DNA of 64,000 nucleotides from positions 51,832,001 to 51,896,000 of the forward strand of contig OX597820.1 of NCBI GenBank assembly GCA_951406725.2. Reading direction: 5' to 3'. Source of the DNA: Octopus vulgaris (Eukaryota). The translations under genes and the position numbers were made by a program. Shown piece after piece: positions 27,031 through 41,310 of this stretch (positions are counted from its first letter, which is position 1; the number at the start of each line of letters is the position of its first letter). A model generated the notes under the pieces. That model did not search any database, was not told where the DNA came from, and saw nothing but the letters and a program-made list of their open reading frames with translations.

Positions 27031-28528
27031 CTTACATGCATACATGCTTACATACATACATGTACGGAAGTATTCAGAATTAATTGTCCAATTTCACATC
27101 ACAAACTTATAAGCGTATTGTGCGAGTATGGGCAGGGTAAATTGTTACTAGAGTGAATTGCCTACCCTCACAAGACTAAATATTTTGGATGCATGAAATA
27201 TGAAGGTTTTGAATAGTTACGTACCATAAACATTGTGTCATAATACCTTCGTCAGTTATTTTGACTTCCTTTGCTTTTACTGGGATTGGAGCATTATTAC
27301 AAGTTTTATCATATATTTATCTTCTTACATATTTCTTTATAATCGCCTTCACTTTCCCCCTTTATCCTTATATATGTCTTTCTTCCTCAGTACATTTGAG
27401 GAATTTTTTTAAGATTGCAATGTGCAGAACAAATTGATATATATATATATATATATATATATGTATTATGTATGTATGTATGTATGTATGTATGCATGTA
27501 TGTATGTATATATGGGTGGGTGCTTGAGAGAATGAAATTGTGTGTGTGCGTGTGTGTTGGTGTGTGACACTGTGGGAGCATGTGAACATCTGCACGTGTT
27601 TGTGCACGTGGGTCTATAATATAATTTTGACTGAGCGCCCGCATTTCTGCATTTGATTGAAATGTATTATTATTGTTTTTGTTGTTGTTGTTATTTTTCT
27701 CATTATTATTAATTTTTTTTTTGGGGGGGGGGGGAGGAAACTAGCACCGTAATCAAATAATTGTGAAAAATCAAATAAGCTTGTTGATAGATAAAATTTC
27801 TTTGACATATATATATTTTGTAACCAATGATCTGTAGAAATTAGTTTGAGAGGAAATTATCTTTTAGAATCAGTAATTTGAAACGTTGAGTATTATTTTC
27901 AAGTAATTATTTACAGCGGCGACGAGGAGGCTCTATAATTAATAGAATAGGAAGCCGTTTAATTAGAGAGGAATGGAGAATATCAGTTGTATTGTTGACC
28001 TTATTTTAACATTTGTCGTGTAAAGCAACACGATTTGTAGAAAAAAAAAAAACTGTCACAAATAAATCCTTTATTTACGTAATGTTTTCATTTTTAATAT
28101 ATAATTTAAATCTGAGACAATTTCACGTTTTTTTGCCTGTTACTTTCCATGTGATTCAGAAATGTGTCAGCATTGGGAATAATTGTACTCATATTGCTAT
28201 TGTTCACCCAGATTTCGTGTAGTAAAGTGTAGATTAACTGTAGTTGTACAATAATGCATGATATTTCATATAAAGTTAATCACAACTCGTTGATTAGAAT
28301 GTGAGATACGTTAAATCCTTTAAAATACAATTATTTTCTGTGATGTTGATCCTGCTTTTACATTAACACTGAAGCAATTGTACCAAGGTTTAAACGTGGG
28401 CTCTAGGTATTATTCTTCTGAATTGCTCAGTTGATGGCATCATCCCTTGGGTTGGTAGATCAATTTACCATCTCTTAACCACATGGTATGAAGTTCACAA
28501 ATATCCCACATTTAACATCTCCATTTGT

Positions 28529-28691
28529 AGGTGCAGGCTTGGTTGGGCAGTAAGAACCTTGCTTCCCAACCCCATGGTTCTGGGTTCAGTCCTACTGCGT
28601 GGCACATATTTGTGAATGTCTGTTACTATAGCCTCGGGTTGACCAAGGCCGTGTGAGTGGATTTAGTAGACGGAAACTGAAAGAAAACCGT

Positions 28692-28730
<39 letters not shown>

Positions 28731-28858
28731 ACAACTAATGTTGGTGAATTTACGTCTCCGTAAAATAGCGGTTCGCCAAAAGAGGCGGATATAATAATTA
28801 CTAGACTTACAAAGATTCCTGGGGTTGACGATTTGTTCGACTAAAGGCGCTCCAGCAA
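28529..28858 (+). mobile_element. SINE family A
   Basis: GGTTCAGTCC B box; ACTATAGCCTCGGG..GTAGACGGAAACTGAAAGAA body; internal (TA)n. Confidence 0.85.
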
Positions 28859-29424
28859 TACGCTTTTGTTACATCTATTCAACATATTCAAGATTGAAAT
28901 AGCTGCAAGTATAATCTACTGGAATTATTGCAAATATAGTACGTAAAGTACCAAACCTTGCATATGTTCTACAAAGGAAAACACGAAAGAGATTCTGTAC
29001 ATTCACAAGGATTGATAGCAAGAATGACAAAACAAAAAAGATATCATTTAAAAGAATGCCTATCTCAATAAAAATACTATGGATAATACAATTTCTGATA
29101 TGCAATATCGACTATGTTAAATAATATGACATTGAGCCTTCATAAAGATAGTACAGAATCAGAAATAAGGTGTAACCACTCCACATCATTGAACTACAAT
29201 TGCAGAAGGAGCTCGAACGTCGTGGCGCGACCTGTAAATTTTAGAGGTCATATCTTTATAAACAGCATCACGTTGTCTACAATAGATGAATAACATATTA
29301 TATATCGTAATATTAGTTGTAACTAAAATACTGGGAAAGTCTCGAAAGTCGTTGCTCGTACAATTTTGTCAAATTCAGAGGGAGTTAACGAAAATATTTA
29401 GTTAAACGTAACAGTGTGACTTTA

Positions 29425-29733
29425 GGAGGAACATGGCCTATTGGTTAGAGCAGCGGACTCGCGGTCGAGGGATCGCGGGATCGCGGGTTCGAATCCCAAA
29501 AGGGGCGATGTTTGTGTTTATAAGCGAAACACCTAAGCTCTACGCTGCGCCGGTAGAAGGTAATGGCGAACTTCTGCTGACTCTTTCACTAAAACTTTCC
29601 TTCACTCTTTCCTCTTGCAGCTCAACTGCCACGGATTGGAGTCCCGTCCAGATGGGGAGCCTATACGCCAAGGAAACCGGAGAAACCGTCCCTTATGAGC
29701 CAAGTGTGGCTCGAGAAGTAACAAACAACAACA
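29425..29733 (+). mobile_element. tRNA-derived SINE, family C
   Basis: A box TGGCCTATTGG, B box GGTTCGAATCC, unrelated body, terminal GAGCCA..TGGCTC hairpin, (AAC) tail. Confidence 0.85.
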
Positions 29734-30444
29734 GCAGATAGACTTGCTAGTAACGGATGGGTATTTACGTAAGTTTTCTACTACCATTTTAAAAGCTTGA
29801 ATCACCATGTAATATATTAAGCAATACACTCACTTTTGGTTACAAATCTATTAAGACAGAACTCTATCAACAGTTAAACAACATTAATAACAAATAATAC
29901 CCCATGAATTTCGATGCAATTCCCTACAGTGTGATTCAACAAGCTTTGTAAATTCAGCAATAAATTAAAAACAAGGGCCAATGATTCTTACGAAGTCAGA
30001 ATATTTTGTTGATTCAAAGAGAAAACCCTAACAAGAATTAGATTCGGCATTAATTTTTAGTTAACTACTTTTTAAATCATATTCCTATGCTTATAATCTT
30101 GTATCTTATTCACAACTGTTATGAAAGTTAATATCTTAATTTCAAAATATGATGGAGATTAAAATTAATTTGAAATATAAACAATGGATGACCTATATTT
30201 ATGTAAACATCTACACATACCGAAATATATAATCTTAATTTCCGTTCTATGTTATAAGGCACGACAACTTGTCCTTCTCCGGTTTCAGTAGCGTTACCAT
30301 TTTTTCTTAGAGACGTGAGTGCTAACCTCTTACTGAACAACGTTCCATTTAAGGGGAATGGAATAATGTCGATCCTGTGAATAACATAACTTTTTACTGT
30401 ACCGCGCAACAGTTTCACACAACCGCAACAAGCACAGGGGGAGA

Positions 30445-30895
30445 CGGGGAAGGAGAAAAAGAGGGGGGAGAGATGACGAGGAGGAGAAGAGCAGGCGGAG
30501 AGGGAAAGAAGAAGAAGAAGAAGTAGAAGAAGAAGAAGAAGAAGAAGAAGAGGAAGATGAAAAAAGAGAAGAAGAAGAAGAAGAAGAAAGAGAAGAAGAA
30601 GAAGAAGAAGAAGAAAGAGAAGAAGAAGAAGAAGAAGAAGAAAAAGAAGAGGAAGATGAAAAAAGAGAAGAAGAAGAAGAAGAAGAAAGAGAAGAAGAAG
30701 AAGAAAGTGATGAAGAAGAAAGAAAGAGAAGAAGAAGAAAAAGAAGAAAAAGAAAGAGAAGAAGAAGAAGACAAAGAAGAAGGAGAAGAAGAAGAAAGAT
30801 AAGAAGAAGAAAGATAAGAAGAAGAAGAAGAAGAAGAAGAAGAAAGAGGAGGAGGAGAATGAGGAGGAGGTGGAGCAGGACGACGACGAGGAGGA
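30445..30895. repeat. Purine-rich (GAA)n/(GGA)n tract
   Basis: Directly visible. Confidence 0.95.
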
Positions 30896-31603
30896 ATCAG
30901 GAACACTACTGATTTCAAAATGAGATGAAGTGAAAGTGAAAAAAGCCAGACTAAATATTTCAGGTTATGCAATCCAAAGCGTTAAAGAATCTGCCAATCG
31001 TCGCCTTATGATTAAATTTCAAGCCTTCATTAATTAATGCATAATAAAAATATAATCCAATTATAAAATTTAAAACGTTTCCCTATCGGCCATACTGATC
31101 AAGAGTAACTCTTATCGTACTTGTAGCATTGTTTTTAAGCATTAATGCAATTTGCATAGTCTTTCACTCTCAATAATATTAAACATTACCTTAGTTAAAG
31201 ATACTAACGGTATTATTAGAAGTAATATTTGAATGTGAAAGATATTTGCTCACGAACCTTTCGCTTCTCCATAGAACCATCTTCTGAAGAACAAAGTAGT
31301 GAAACAGTCGAAAATTGAAAAAAATATGCGTCCTAATAAATGCTCTAAAGGGTTGAGTTCTATACTAATATTGACAAGTAGCTTCAACTAGATGTACATT
31401 GAGTGAAAAATCTTTAAGTGAGATTGTATTTTAACAAGCATCCACTTGTCAGTACATTGCTTACAGTCATAATATTTGATAAACTTATATATTGTCACCG
31501 AAACAAAGCGCTTGCTTCTGTAAGCGTAAAACCTAGACTTTCTATACTATCTCAAAAAGAACATTTTGAAATTTAGCGTCACCACAGAAACTATCTACAC
31601 ACA

Positions 31604-31707
<104 letters not shown>

Positions 31708-31780
31708 AGCAGTTAAACTCCAAACCCCTAATAGTTGTAATTCTGAAATGAAAAGAGAAATAAAAACGTTTACCCTAAAT

Positions 31781-31869
31781 TTCCTGGACTATGCCTAGTT
31801 TCGGCAATTTTTTGCAAATAAAATAAAATTATTTTAATTTACGATTGACGTTGCCATCTTCAGCAGGAA
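31781..31869 (-). ncRNA. Type I hammerhead ribozyme
   Basis: Minus strand: UUCCUG-CUGAAGA-U-GGCAA-[43 nt]-UUGCC-GAAA-CUA-GGCA-UAG-UC-CAGGAA; perfect 6-bp stem I and 5-bp stem II. Confidence 0.85.
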
Positions 31870-32134
31870 GCTAAGTCTAGCATATAGGCACGAGGCGATA
31901 AGGACCATGCCTCGAGTCTGTATACTATAACTTTTCAAAATCCACCACGCTCGCGTGGTTTTTCAGCAGTAAATATAACTGCCAATATAATTTCAAAATT
32001 AGCCAAAAAATCCTTTTATCATTAATTAATAAATTTTAGGGTAGCAAAAAAAGTTCTATGAGGATTTTGAAAAGATATAGCATATATACTCGAGGCATGG
32101 TCCTCATCGCCTCGTGCCTATATGCTAACTTGTC

Positions 32135-32223
32135 TTCCTGCTGAAGATGGCAACGCCAATCGTAAATTAAAATAATTTTATTTTATTTACAAAAGATTGC
32201 CGAAACTATGCATAGTCTAGTCA
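32135..32223 (+). ncRNA. Type I hammerhead ribozyme, inverted copy with eroded stem I
   Basis: UUCCUG-CUGAAGA-U-GGCAA-[43 nt]-UUGCC-GAAA-CUAUGCAUAG-UC-UAGUCA; fully palindromic stem III. Confidence 0.7.
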
Positions 32224-32623
32224 AGATAGGGTAGACGTTTTTATTTCTCTTTCCATTTCAGAATTACAACTATTAGTGGTTTGGAGTTTAACTGCTCTTT
32301 CTAGTGAGTTAGATGTCCTATTATGGCCATCTCTTATGTGTTTAAATGTATATTATATAATCTATTGACTATTTTTTCTTCTCGCTAGACCACTGGTAGC
32401 GGAGAATTTTTCTAGAATTTTTTTTTTGCCACCCTAAAATGTATTAATATGTATATATGTGTGTGTCTGTCTCTCTGTTTGTTTGTGGCTATATCGATGT
32501 ATAAGTCCATTTATATATATATATCTTTTAGTGAATATATTTTTGAAAGTGTGTGTATGTGAGTGTAAATGTATGTAGGTATTTATATACGTATGCATGT
32601 ATATATGTGTATATGCATGTATT

Positions 32624-32686
<63 letters not shown>

Positions 32687-34116
32687 AGATATATATATAT
32701 CCTTATTCAACAAACATTTGTCGTTTCAGTGCTATCGATCATATCCGCATCTTGAAAATTTACATGCTGTATAAGGTTAACAGAAGTTAATTTATATATA
32801 TAAATATAGATAATTTATATATATGAAAACTGTTATTACATTAAGATAACCATTGATCCTATTACATATATGACTTCCAGGAATATCTTTGCTCACGAAT
32901 CTTTTACAAATTTCAAGCCATATTTAAATGTAATTCTCCAAATTAATCCTTGTATAAGTAGTACATATATATAATGTATTCACTGATTTGTGTGTGTGTT
33001 TAATCTTTTTTACGCTTGAAGCCATGGCCATTGCTAAATTGAAACATCAAGGGATTTATTGCATATCGGCTACAGAAGAGATCTGATAGTCATTCAAATT
33101 CATCTCAATTTATTGAAAAACTTAATGTAGTTTTATGACAAATGCGTGAAATAACTTTACCTCTTATGACATTTATATAGAAATGGCGCTTATTTGAAAT
33201 CGCACCTTTCGTTGGGTCTCTACATTACTGTAGGTATTTTTCCTGCAATGTATTACTTATGTACGTATCTGTATATCTATAAAACTACAACAATTTTCAT
33301 CAAGAATCTACTGAATTATTAGCCGTTTCAAATTCCATAGTAATGTTTATTTCCTAAGATTCACAAACAAAATAAATTTCAATCAATGATTTAATATACT
33401 AAACAATTTAACCATTTTTACGTAAGAAAGACTGCGAAGTGGAATCTTTGAAAGAATTCTCCTATATTGTAAAATTGATATAAGCAGAATTCTGAATTCC
33501 ATGGTCATAAAGATGTGTCACGAAAGGTCTAAAATAGACGCAAATATATATTGAACGCTTACATTCACAATTAATAAGTCAACAGAGTAAAAGACATATG
33601 ATATCACATAAATTGCCGTTGTATGTACGATAATAAGGATTTTACGCATGTGTGTGTGTGTTTGCGTGTGTATATGTACGTGTGTATATATATATAAAAA
33701 ATATAGATATATACACAATAACGAATATACGTATATGGATTATTTGTAAATGCGCATATATGCATATTATATATCTGTATACGTATATTGTACATGTACA
33801 TATGCATATACATATGCAATAAAAAATTAGCACATATTTCTTAAGAATATTATTCAAGTAGTACTGTGACTCTAACTGAAGTAGATCAAATGCTCTTAGT
33901 TTTAAGTATAGCGATTAACACAAGTAGGAATTATTTCTAAAGAATGGCGGTATTTTACTTCATATTCAAGTTTATAAGTCTATGCATGTAAGTACATTAT
34001 TTACAAAACTGTATATGTGTGCGTGTGTGCGTGTGTGTGTGTGTGTATGTTTGCATGTATGTATGTGAATATATATAAATGTATATATACACATACACAA
34101 ACATACACACATACAA

Positions 34117-34148
<32 letters not shown>

Positions 34149-34267
34149 CTACATATGTATATATTTACATATATGTGTGTGTATGTATGTATGTATGTAT
34201 ATATATGTAATGTATTATCATTTTGATGTGTGCTATGTGCTCATACATCAGTGTATATATATATCTA

Positions 34268-34302
<35 letters not shown>

Positions 34303-34313
34303 CTATATATATA

Positions 34314-34346
<33 letters not shown>

Positions 34347-34754
34347 TCATAACTGTGTCTTATTATATGTTTCTAATAGCTGAGTCGATTGGGGTAGACG
34401 TCAGTTAGCTCTTCATTCAGTCTTATAAAAATGACTAATTGAATATGCACACGAATCAGAATTATAAATATACATTGACTTTAAAATTCTCGAAATGGCA
34501 CTTCACTTCTATAAACTTCCTTAATCGGGCTGTCGTCACTCTGCCTATTCCAGCTCTTAATCTGATGTGTAATTTCAAATGGCATTGTAAAATCGTTCAC
34601 AATCATTTAGAGACGTAAATTAAATGACAGAAAATTGCGGCAATAAATCCTTTTTTAAGACATTCGACATGATTTTCCTTTTAATTCCCGTCTGGTTTTA
34701 TAGGATATGTCGTGAATGATTTGTCAGTAAAAAAACGTGGAGATACGCGTGTGC

Positions 34755-34793
<39 letters not shown>

Positions 34794-35584
34794 GGAAGGA
34801 GAAAGAGAGAGGGAACATTGACAAGAGAAACAATATATAACTGAAATAATTACTATAAACTAAAATATTGATAATTTTTAGACAAATGGGCCAAGTATTA
34901 TTAGTTTTCATACGAGAAAATAGAGTTCATGACATTGATGGTTTTCCAAAGAACATAAATATCATAACTATATTAAACTGGTTTCCCACTGAAATCGAAC
35001 ACTGGCTACTGTCATAGAATTTAACTCGTATATGTATTAATATTATGTCATTTTATTATTCTAACTGGCGCATTCTGTTACACATTCTATTCTTAGACAG
35101 CACACGCGTTCGTTAAAATGTGCAGAAGTTCTTGGATTCGTGAGATTACATTTTAGATGTATTGGAAGTACGGAGTGGATTATGCAACCGGCTGTTGTAA
35201 TTGTATAGAAAGGGAATCAGAATTTCATTAGCAAATGATGAACAGACACATGCGTCTCTGATTATATACGTGCTAGTACGAAAGAGTACAGCTCATTCTA
35301 TCATAAGGATCTCAAAAGACTCCATATAAGATATTGAAGAAATCATTGCTAATCAAAGAAAAAAAGTGTTTCCAACACTATGACTTCTAGGACAATATAT
35401 CATTGACATGTAAAAGACAAGGGAATATCTTCAGTATTGTTTCAAAGTAGAGTTAGTATTAAACACAATTACAATTGTACACTGTTTTCTGTATTTCGAA
35501 AGCCTGTCACATTGCATCTTTTGCTTCTATTTTTCATAGTTTATTAATATTCCTTTGAAAATAAACACAAGCATGCGCACTTAC

Positions 35585-37380
35585 ACAAATATATTCGAAC
35601 ACAAATTAAGACGAGCGCTTTTTTTATATACATTTTTAATCTACATTATATTGAAGCCTAAAAAGTGGGTCGTCTTATACGATAAATATAAAATGTGAAC
35701 AATTATTACTAAAGGATAACCAAGTGAAACCACCTAACACTCATTGTGCACCACTCAAACTCTAGCATTCCACCACAATTATTTCCCACTGAAACACATG
35801 TTTCTTAAATATATTTTGCATAGAAAAACACCATATTATATCACAATTATTTACACATACTATATTGCAGTAGCTGAAAGCAGAGAAATGCAAACCCGCC
35901 ATTCGCGAATGGTAATCGTCGTACCAGTGGTACCGTGAACACAAAGCGGCCAGCTGTTGAACTCTGCATTCGTGGAGAGCTATCGTGTCATCTTCTATAC
36001 TATGGTACACGCTTCAAGCTATCATACAATCTTCGAAGTATCGTACAGAATTTGAAACTACTAAACTACCAAATAACCAAACGACCTTATTTACCTATAG
36101 ATACATGTAACGGCATGAAACCTAGCCAACTGTCGATAACATCTATACCAGATACCAGAACGGACGACGAGGGATTCAAAATAAAAGTTATAGAATTTGT
36201 CAAGGGCTCCAATAATAATTGTACAGCTGCAAGAGAATTTGGCGTCAGCGAAAAGTTGGTGCGTGACCGGAGAATGATTGAAACGTCTTTAAAGGGAATG
36301 TCAAGAAAAAAAATGTACCGTGAGGACAGTCATGTCAATGTGGAAAATCAGAGGACATGTGACAGATTGGGTACAGGAACCAAGTTAAAATGGCTATGCA
36401 CTCAGTAGAATTGCTATATGTGTTTATGCCCGTAAGTGGGCCAAAACTCACCCTGACCTAAGAAAACATTTTGTGGGATCAGCAAGATGGTGCACTAGAT
36501 TCATGAATAAGCAAGTCCTAGTGCTGCATGAAAAGACAGGGATAGTCCAAAGCATACCAGAAGAATCTAATACCAAAATGTTGCTATTGGATTGAGAAAA
36601 CAACACAATTTTTCTTTATCACAAACTGCTGATATGAATGAAATTCCAGTAAATTTTTATATGATTAGCATCAAAACACGAGATGTAAAAAAAGACTAAC
36701 ACTTTAAAATTTACAAGGTTCGAAGAAACAAGATTCACAGTTGTACTCTCATGCATGTCTGATGAAACGAAGCTGAAAATTATGGTTATATTTAAGCGAA
36801 AATTGACGCCTAAAATAATATTTCGTCCGGTTGTGTTCGTTCACATTTACCTACAAGGGTGGATAAATGAAAATCGTGTGAAGCTGTGGTTAGAAAAGGA
36901 ATTAACGACTCGGAGGCCTTCGCAAAGCGCACAATCTTTCGGCGTGAAGAAAGTTTAGATCTCATCTGACGACTAACATTAAAAATCATTTGCTAAGAAG
37001 TAACACCGAAATTTCCGTTATACCTGGAGGGTTAATATCTGTCCTCCAGATGTGTCTCTTAAGCAGCCATTCAAAGAAAACATGCGTGAACAGTAGAAGT
37101 GGGTGATGGAGGCTCTAAAACATTCACAAAAGGTGGAAGTATAGGTGCTGCTTCTCTTGATAATTTGTGTAGATTTGTTATAAATGCAAGGGATTCGATT
37201 AAAACAAACCGTTAACAAATCATTTAAAAATGTGGGATATCGACCTCAGTGGATGGCATGGAAGATGGCATACTGTAGCAGGATAATTATAATGATGACG
37301 ACTCAACTGATGGTGATGAATTAAACGAGGGGGATCCGTAGGACGATACAATGATTGATGCAACATTGACGTTTTTGTCA

Positions 37381-37415
<35 letters not shown>

Positions 37416-37696
37416 GGTAGAGAAATTTGAAAGCTTTCACAATATTAACATGTTTTAATAATAAAATAAATAATAATGTGAGTATCTCTGAAACAAACTC
37501 ATAAAACTTTACAAACTGTTTAAATTTCTTCACATGTATTTTATTTTACAACAATTTTGTGCTGCCTCATTTTCTTTTTGGGGGGCGGGGAGGGGATCGT
37601 TTTATCCAGCGAATATAAGCATAAACTTGTATAATACATTCAGAATTGTAAAGGTCAACTTATATGTAAGGTCGGCTTATACGCTGACATATACGG
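35585..37696 (+). mobile_element. Decayed pogo/Tigger (POGK-like) DNA transposon
   Basis: FKIKVIEFVKGSNNNCTAAREFGVSEKLVRD (Brinker-type HTH); KLKIMVIFKRK..GWINENRVKLWLEK; VIPGGL..SLKQPFK (DDE_1); acidic tail; right end GGTCGGCTTATACGCTGACATATACGG. Left boundary approximate. Confidence 0.85.
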
Positions 37697-37714
37697 CTCG
37701 GTATTGCAACAAGG

Positions 37715-38150
37715 CCTGGTAATGCATCATAGCCTGATACTGCACCAGGGCCTCGAACTGCTTTAGGTTACTGAACTGTATCAGGTTGCTGAACTGCATC
37801 AGGATATCAGACTGCATCAGGGCCTCAAACTGCATCAGGGCGTCAAGCTGCATCAGTTCACTTAACTGCATCAGGGAACCAAATTGTATCAGGACACTAA
37901 ACTACATCATGGCACTAAACTGCATGAAGACACTAAAGTGCATCAGGTCACTAATGTGTATCACGACGCTAAACTGCATCAAGTTGAACTGCAAAATGGA
38001 ACTAAAATGTATCAGGGCACTAAAGTGCATCAAGTCACCAAAGTGCATCACGGCACTAAACTGCATCTGGGCACTAAGCTGCATCGGGGCACTAAACTGA
38101 ATTGTGCATCAGATGGAGCACTGAATTACAAGTATGCACTAACTGATGGG
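37715..38150. repeat. 18-bp minisatellite (consensus ~GCACTAAACTGCATCAGG)
   Basis: About 24 diverged units. Confidence 0.9.
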
Positions 38151-39816
38151 CTTCCCTAGGAATTGAGATGCTACTGAAGTCAGTTGAAAACACTGTAACA
38201 GGACTCATGCAAGGAGTTAGAAATTGAGGCTATATCGTTGCAGTTAAAATGTGTTTGTCTCCACTTATTTGCATATGTCTACAGAAATTATATGTAAAAC
38301 ATACATTAGACAGTGTAAAATGTTTATTTTTTTGAGAAAAGGAGACACTAAAAGTGCTGAAGCATAAAGCAAATCAATAACCTCTGGCTTCAGAGAAACT
38401 GTAAACTATAGTAAAAAATATCAGAAACAGAAATAACAATCGGAACATAAACAAATATAGCCACAAAGAAATATGTCTGCAGAGAAGAAGGCTACTTTGG
38501 AGAAACTTTCTTTCATTGCTACAATTTTTTTGGGGGGCGGGTGTGCTTTACTATACATTCGTCGTTCAAACTTAAGCATTGCAATAGAGTTGTTAATTCC
38601 AAGAGGCCAACAATTCCAGGTTGTGGAGGAGCTTGTAAGGCCTAGATGCCATATTTATAGTGTCGATACGAAATGACCAAAACTGAGCGGGCTGAACTTG
38701 GCTCCTTGACTAATCTTTCATTAGTTGTTTTCACTGGAAAAGTAAACAGAAATAGATTTTGGAAATGTTGCTTTCTGGTAATTTCTTTGAAAGTTGGATG
38801 AGAGCGTGTATACGGTTCGCGTGAACGAGTTTGTTGTAAGCACGCGCTGTTTAGCATTGGCGCAGCAGAGCTTGGAGATGGGCATTGCTTTAGCAGCGAG
38901 GTTTAGGTGGATTTTTATGATTTTCTGAGTATGCTTTTGGAGGTCACCAGCTCCTGAGTAATTATCCACTTTTAACATTTCCTGTATTTGTGCTTGTCTA
39001 TGTAAAGTCATACGTAAATTCCTTACTTATTCAAAACACACTAATATCCTTAATTTTTTCCATCAAACCAGAATGCTTACATTATTGATTTTTAAAACTA
39101 TTTACATCCATTGTGTGACATATTGCGTTCTTTAATTTTTCTGTTAAATTTTAACTTTTTTGTTTTCTAGTCTATTTATACATTCTAAATCATATGGGTA
39201 CAGCGAATAGGTGAGCAATTTTGTATAAGTCTCCCAAGAATGTATGTAAACCTTGTGGCTTTGAACATATGTTTGTATGTACATTTTTATTAAATTTTCC
39301 AGGTATAACTCTTATTTTAGTGATTTAAATTTTTCAACTTATGGTCATTGCTACTTCAAGGATTTTATGCCTGCGTAATTTCCAGATATAGTTTTGCGAA
39401 ATACTATCATCTGTTGAGGGTGCTACGGCAATAACAACAATCCGCTCTTCCTGCTTGTAAATGAAAACATCTTCCATTCAATAAGATTTAATCACAAATG
39501 CTATGTAAGATTGGTGCTGGAAACACATCGTCGTCAATATCCTATATATCCACTTCTACTTTTGTCATCACCGTTATAGTCATGTTGGTTATCACATATA
39601 ATAGAGCAACACGTCAGCGCAATAGAAAAATAGTTTGAAGAACATTTCGAGTTATTAGAAAGGATGATGATGAAATACAGCAGTAATAACGAGAAACAAT
39701 ATTTAAGTACAGGGACCAATGTTAGGGACAAGTGATGAATGGTATGACATATGTGTGTTTACTATAAACACACAGACCCACATACGCACGTATATAAACA
39801 CAGATATATATATATG

Positions 39817-39860
<44 letters not shown>

Positions 39861-40610
39861 TACACTAATATGCATACATTCATAAATATTTTTATTTGTA
39901 ATTATGTATGTGTGTATGTATATGTGTGAGTGAGTGTGTACGAGCATGTGGGTGTGTATGAATTTATGTATGTATACATACAAACACACGCGTTCGTATA
40001 TAGAAAGAAGAAGTACTTACAACACATTGTGCTTAATTATTTGACATTTCGCCAAAATTGCCAATTCGATCCATTTGCTTTGAATTCTCACAATATCTAC
40101 GATATCTAATTGGCCGTACAGAATTATATCTACGAATCACCACGTATATCGTAATCAACATTTCCTATTGTAAGAAACTAATGTCAATATAGAAGAAAGA
40201 AAAAAATGGTCGTGAGAGGAAAAGAATGGATGGGAAAGAAAGGGAAAGGGAGAAATAGCAATGAAAAAAATGAAGGGTGAAAAAAACAGATTCTTTGAAG
40301 TAAACAATATCGCAATTTCCATAAAAGTTGTACGCCTTTTGATGTCAGAGAAATGTAGTTCAATCTTATTGCTTCTGACTAATGTGTATTTATCAGTTAA
40401 GTGGCATATAAGGAGTTATCTATATGAGACGCATACGTAAGTATATATATATATGTATGTATGAGGGGTGTGTGTGTACGTGTGTTGTAGTGTAATGTGC
40501 TTGTAAGGTGTGTGTGTGTGTAAAATTGTGTATGCGTTTGTGGGTGTGTAAATATAGTTAAATGGTAAGAATAATTTACACAAAAAATATATACCTGAGC
40601 GCTAATGTTA

Positions 40611-40649
<39 letters not shown>

Positions 40650-40841
40650 TATATACACACACACAATATATATACACATACATGTATACATGTATATATA
40701 TATATATATATAGACATAGATATATGTATATTATATATATTACCTACATATATATGTATATATATACATGCAAACATAAATATATGTGCGTAAGTATAAC
40801 TATATATACATATACATATATATACACATATATACATATAT

Positions 40842-40894
<53 letters not shown>

Positions 40895-41136
40895 TGTGTG
40901 TGTGTGTGTGTGTGAACATAAAAAAACGTTTGACTTAGTAGTTCGGCTCCCAATAGAAAGTTCGTAGTTTCGATTGAATGTCTAGTATCTGTGTTGAATC
41001 GTTGGGCAAGGAACTAAACTGCCGTTCTCCCCAGTCAACTCAGCTATCAGGAATATGCAATAAGACAGGGCACCCATTCAGTGTGAATTTTATGCGGCAG
41101 GGTTAATGAGTCAGTACAAAGGTCAAAATCTATATA

Positions 41137-41310
41137 TATCGATGGATTACTGAAAAGTTCCGGCTTTTAAGTGGATTGCGATAGGGCTGGATTGAGGCCG
41201 AACACTCCAAGTTCTTTTTCATGGCTTACAAGAAAACCTGAAGGACAACTGAAATGCATGAATCTGAGATTTCTTTTAGCCGAAGACAGAAACTTTGCAA
41301 CTACCCTAAT
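41137..41310. mobile_element. Mariner-derived MITE
   Basis: Imperfect TIRs GATGGATTACTGAAAAGTTCCGGCT and AGACAGAAACTTTGCAACTACCCTA; about 170 bp. Confidence 0.55.

Noticed and set aside
29425-29500. Possible tRNA gene
   Set aside because: Acceptor stem does not pair, internal GGGATCGC duplication, runs into a SINE body
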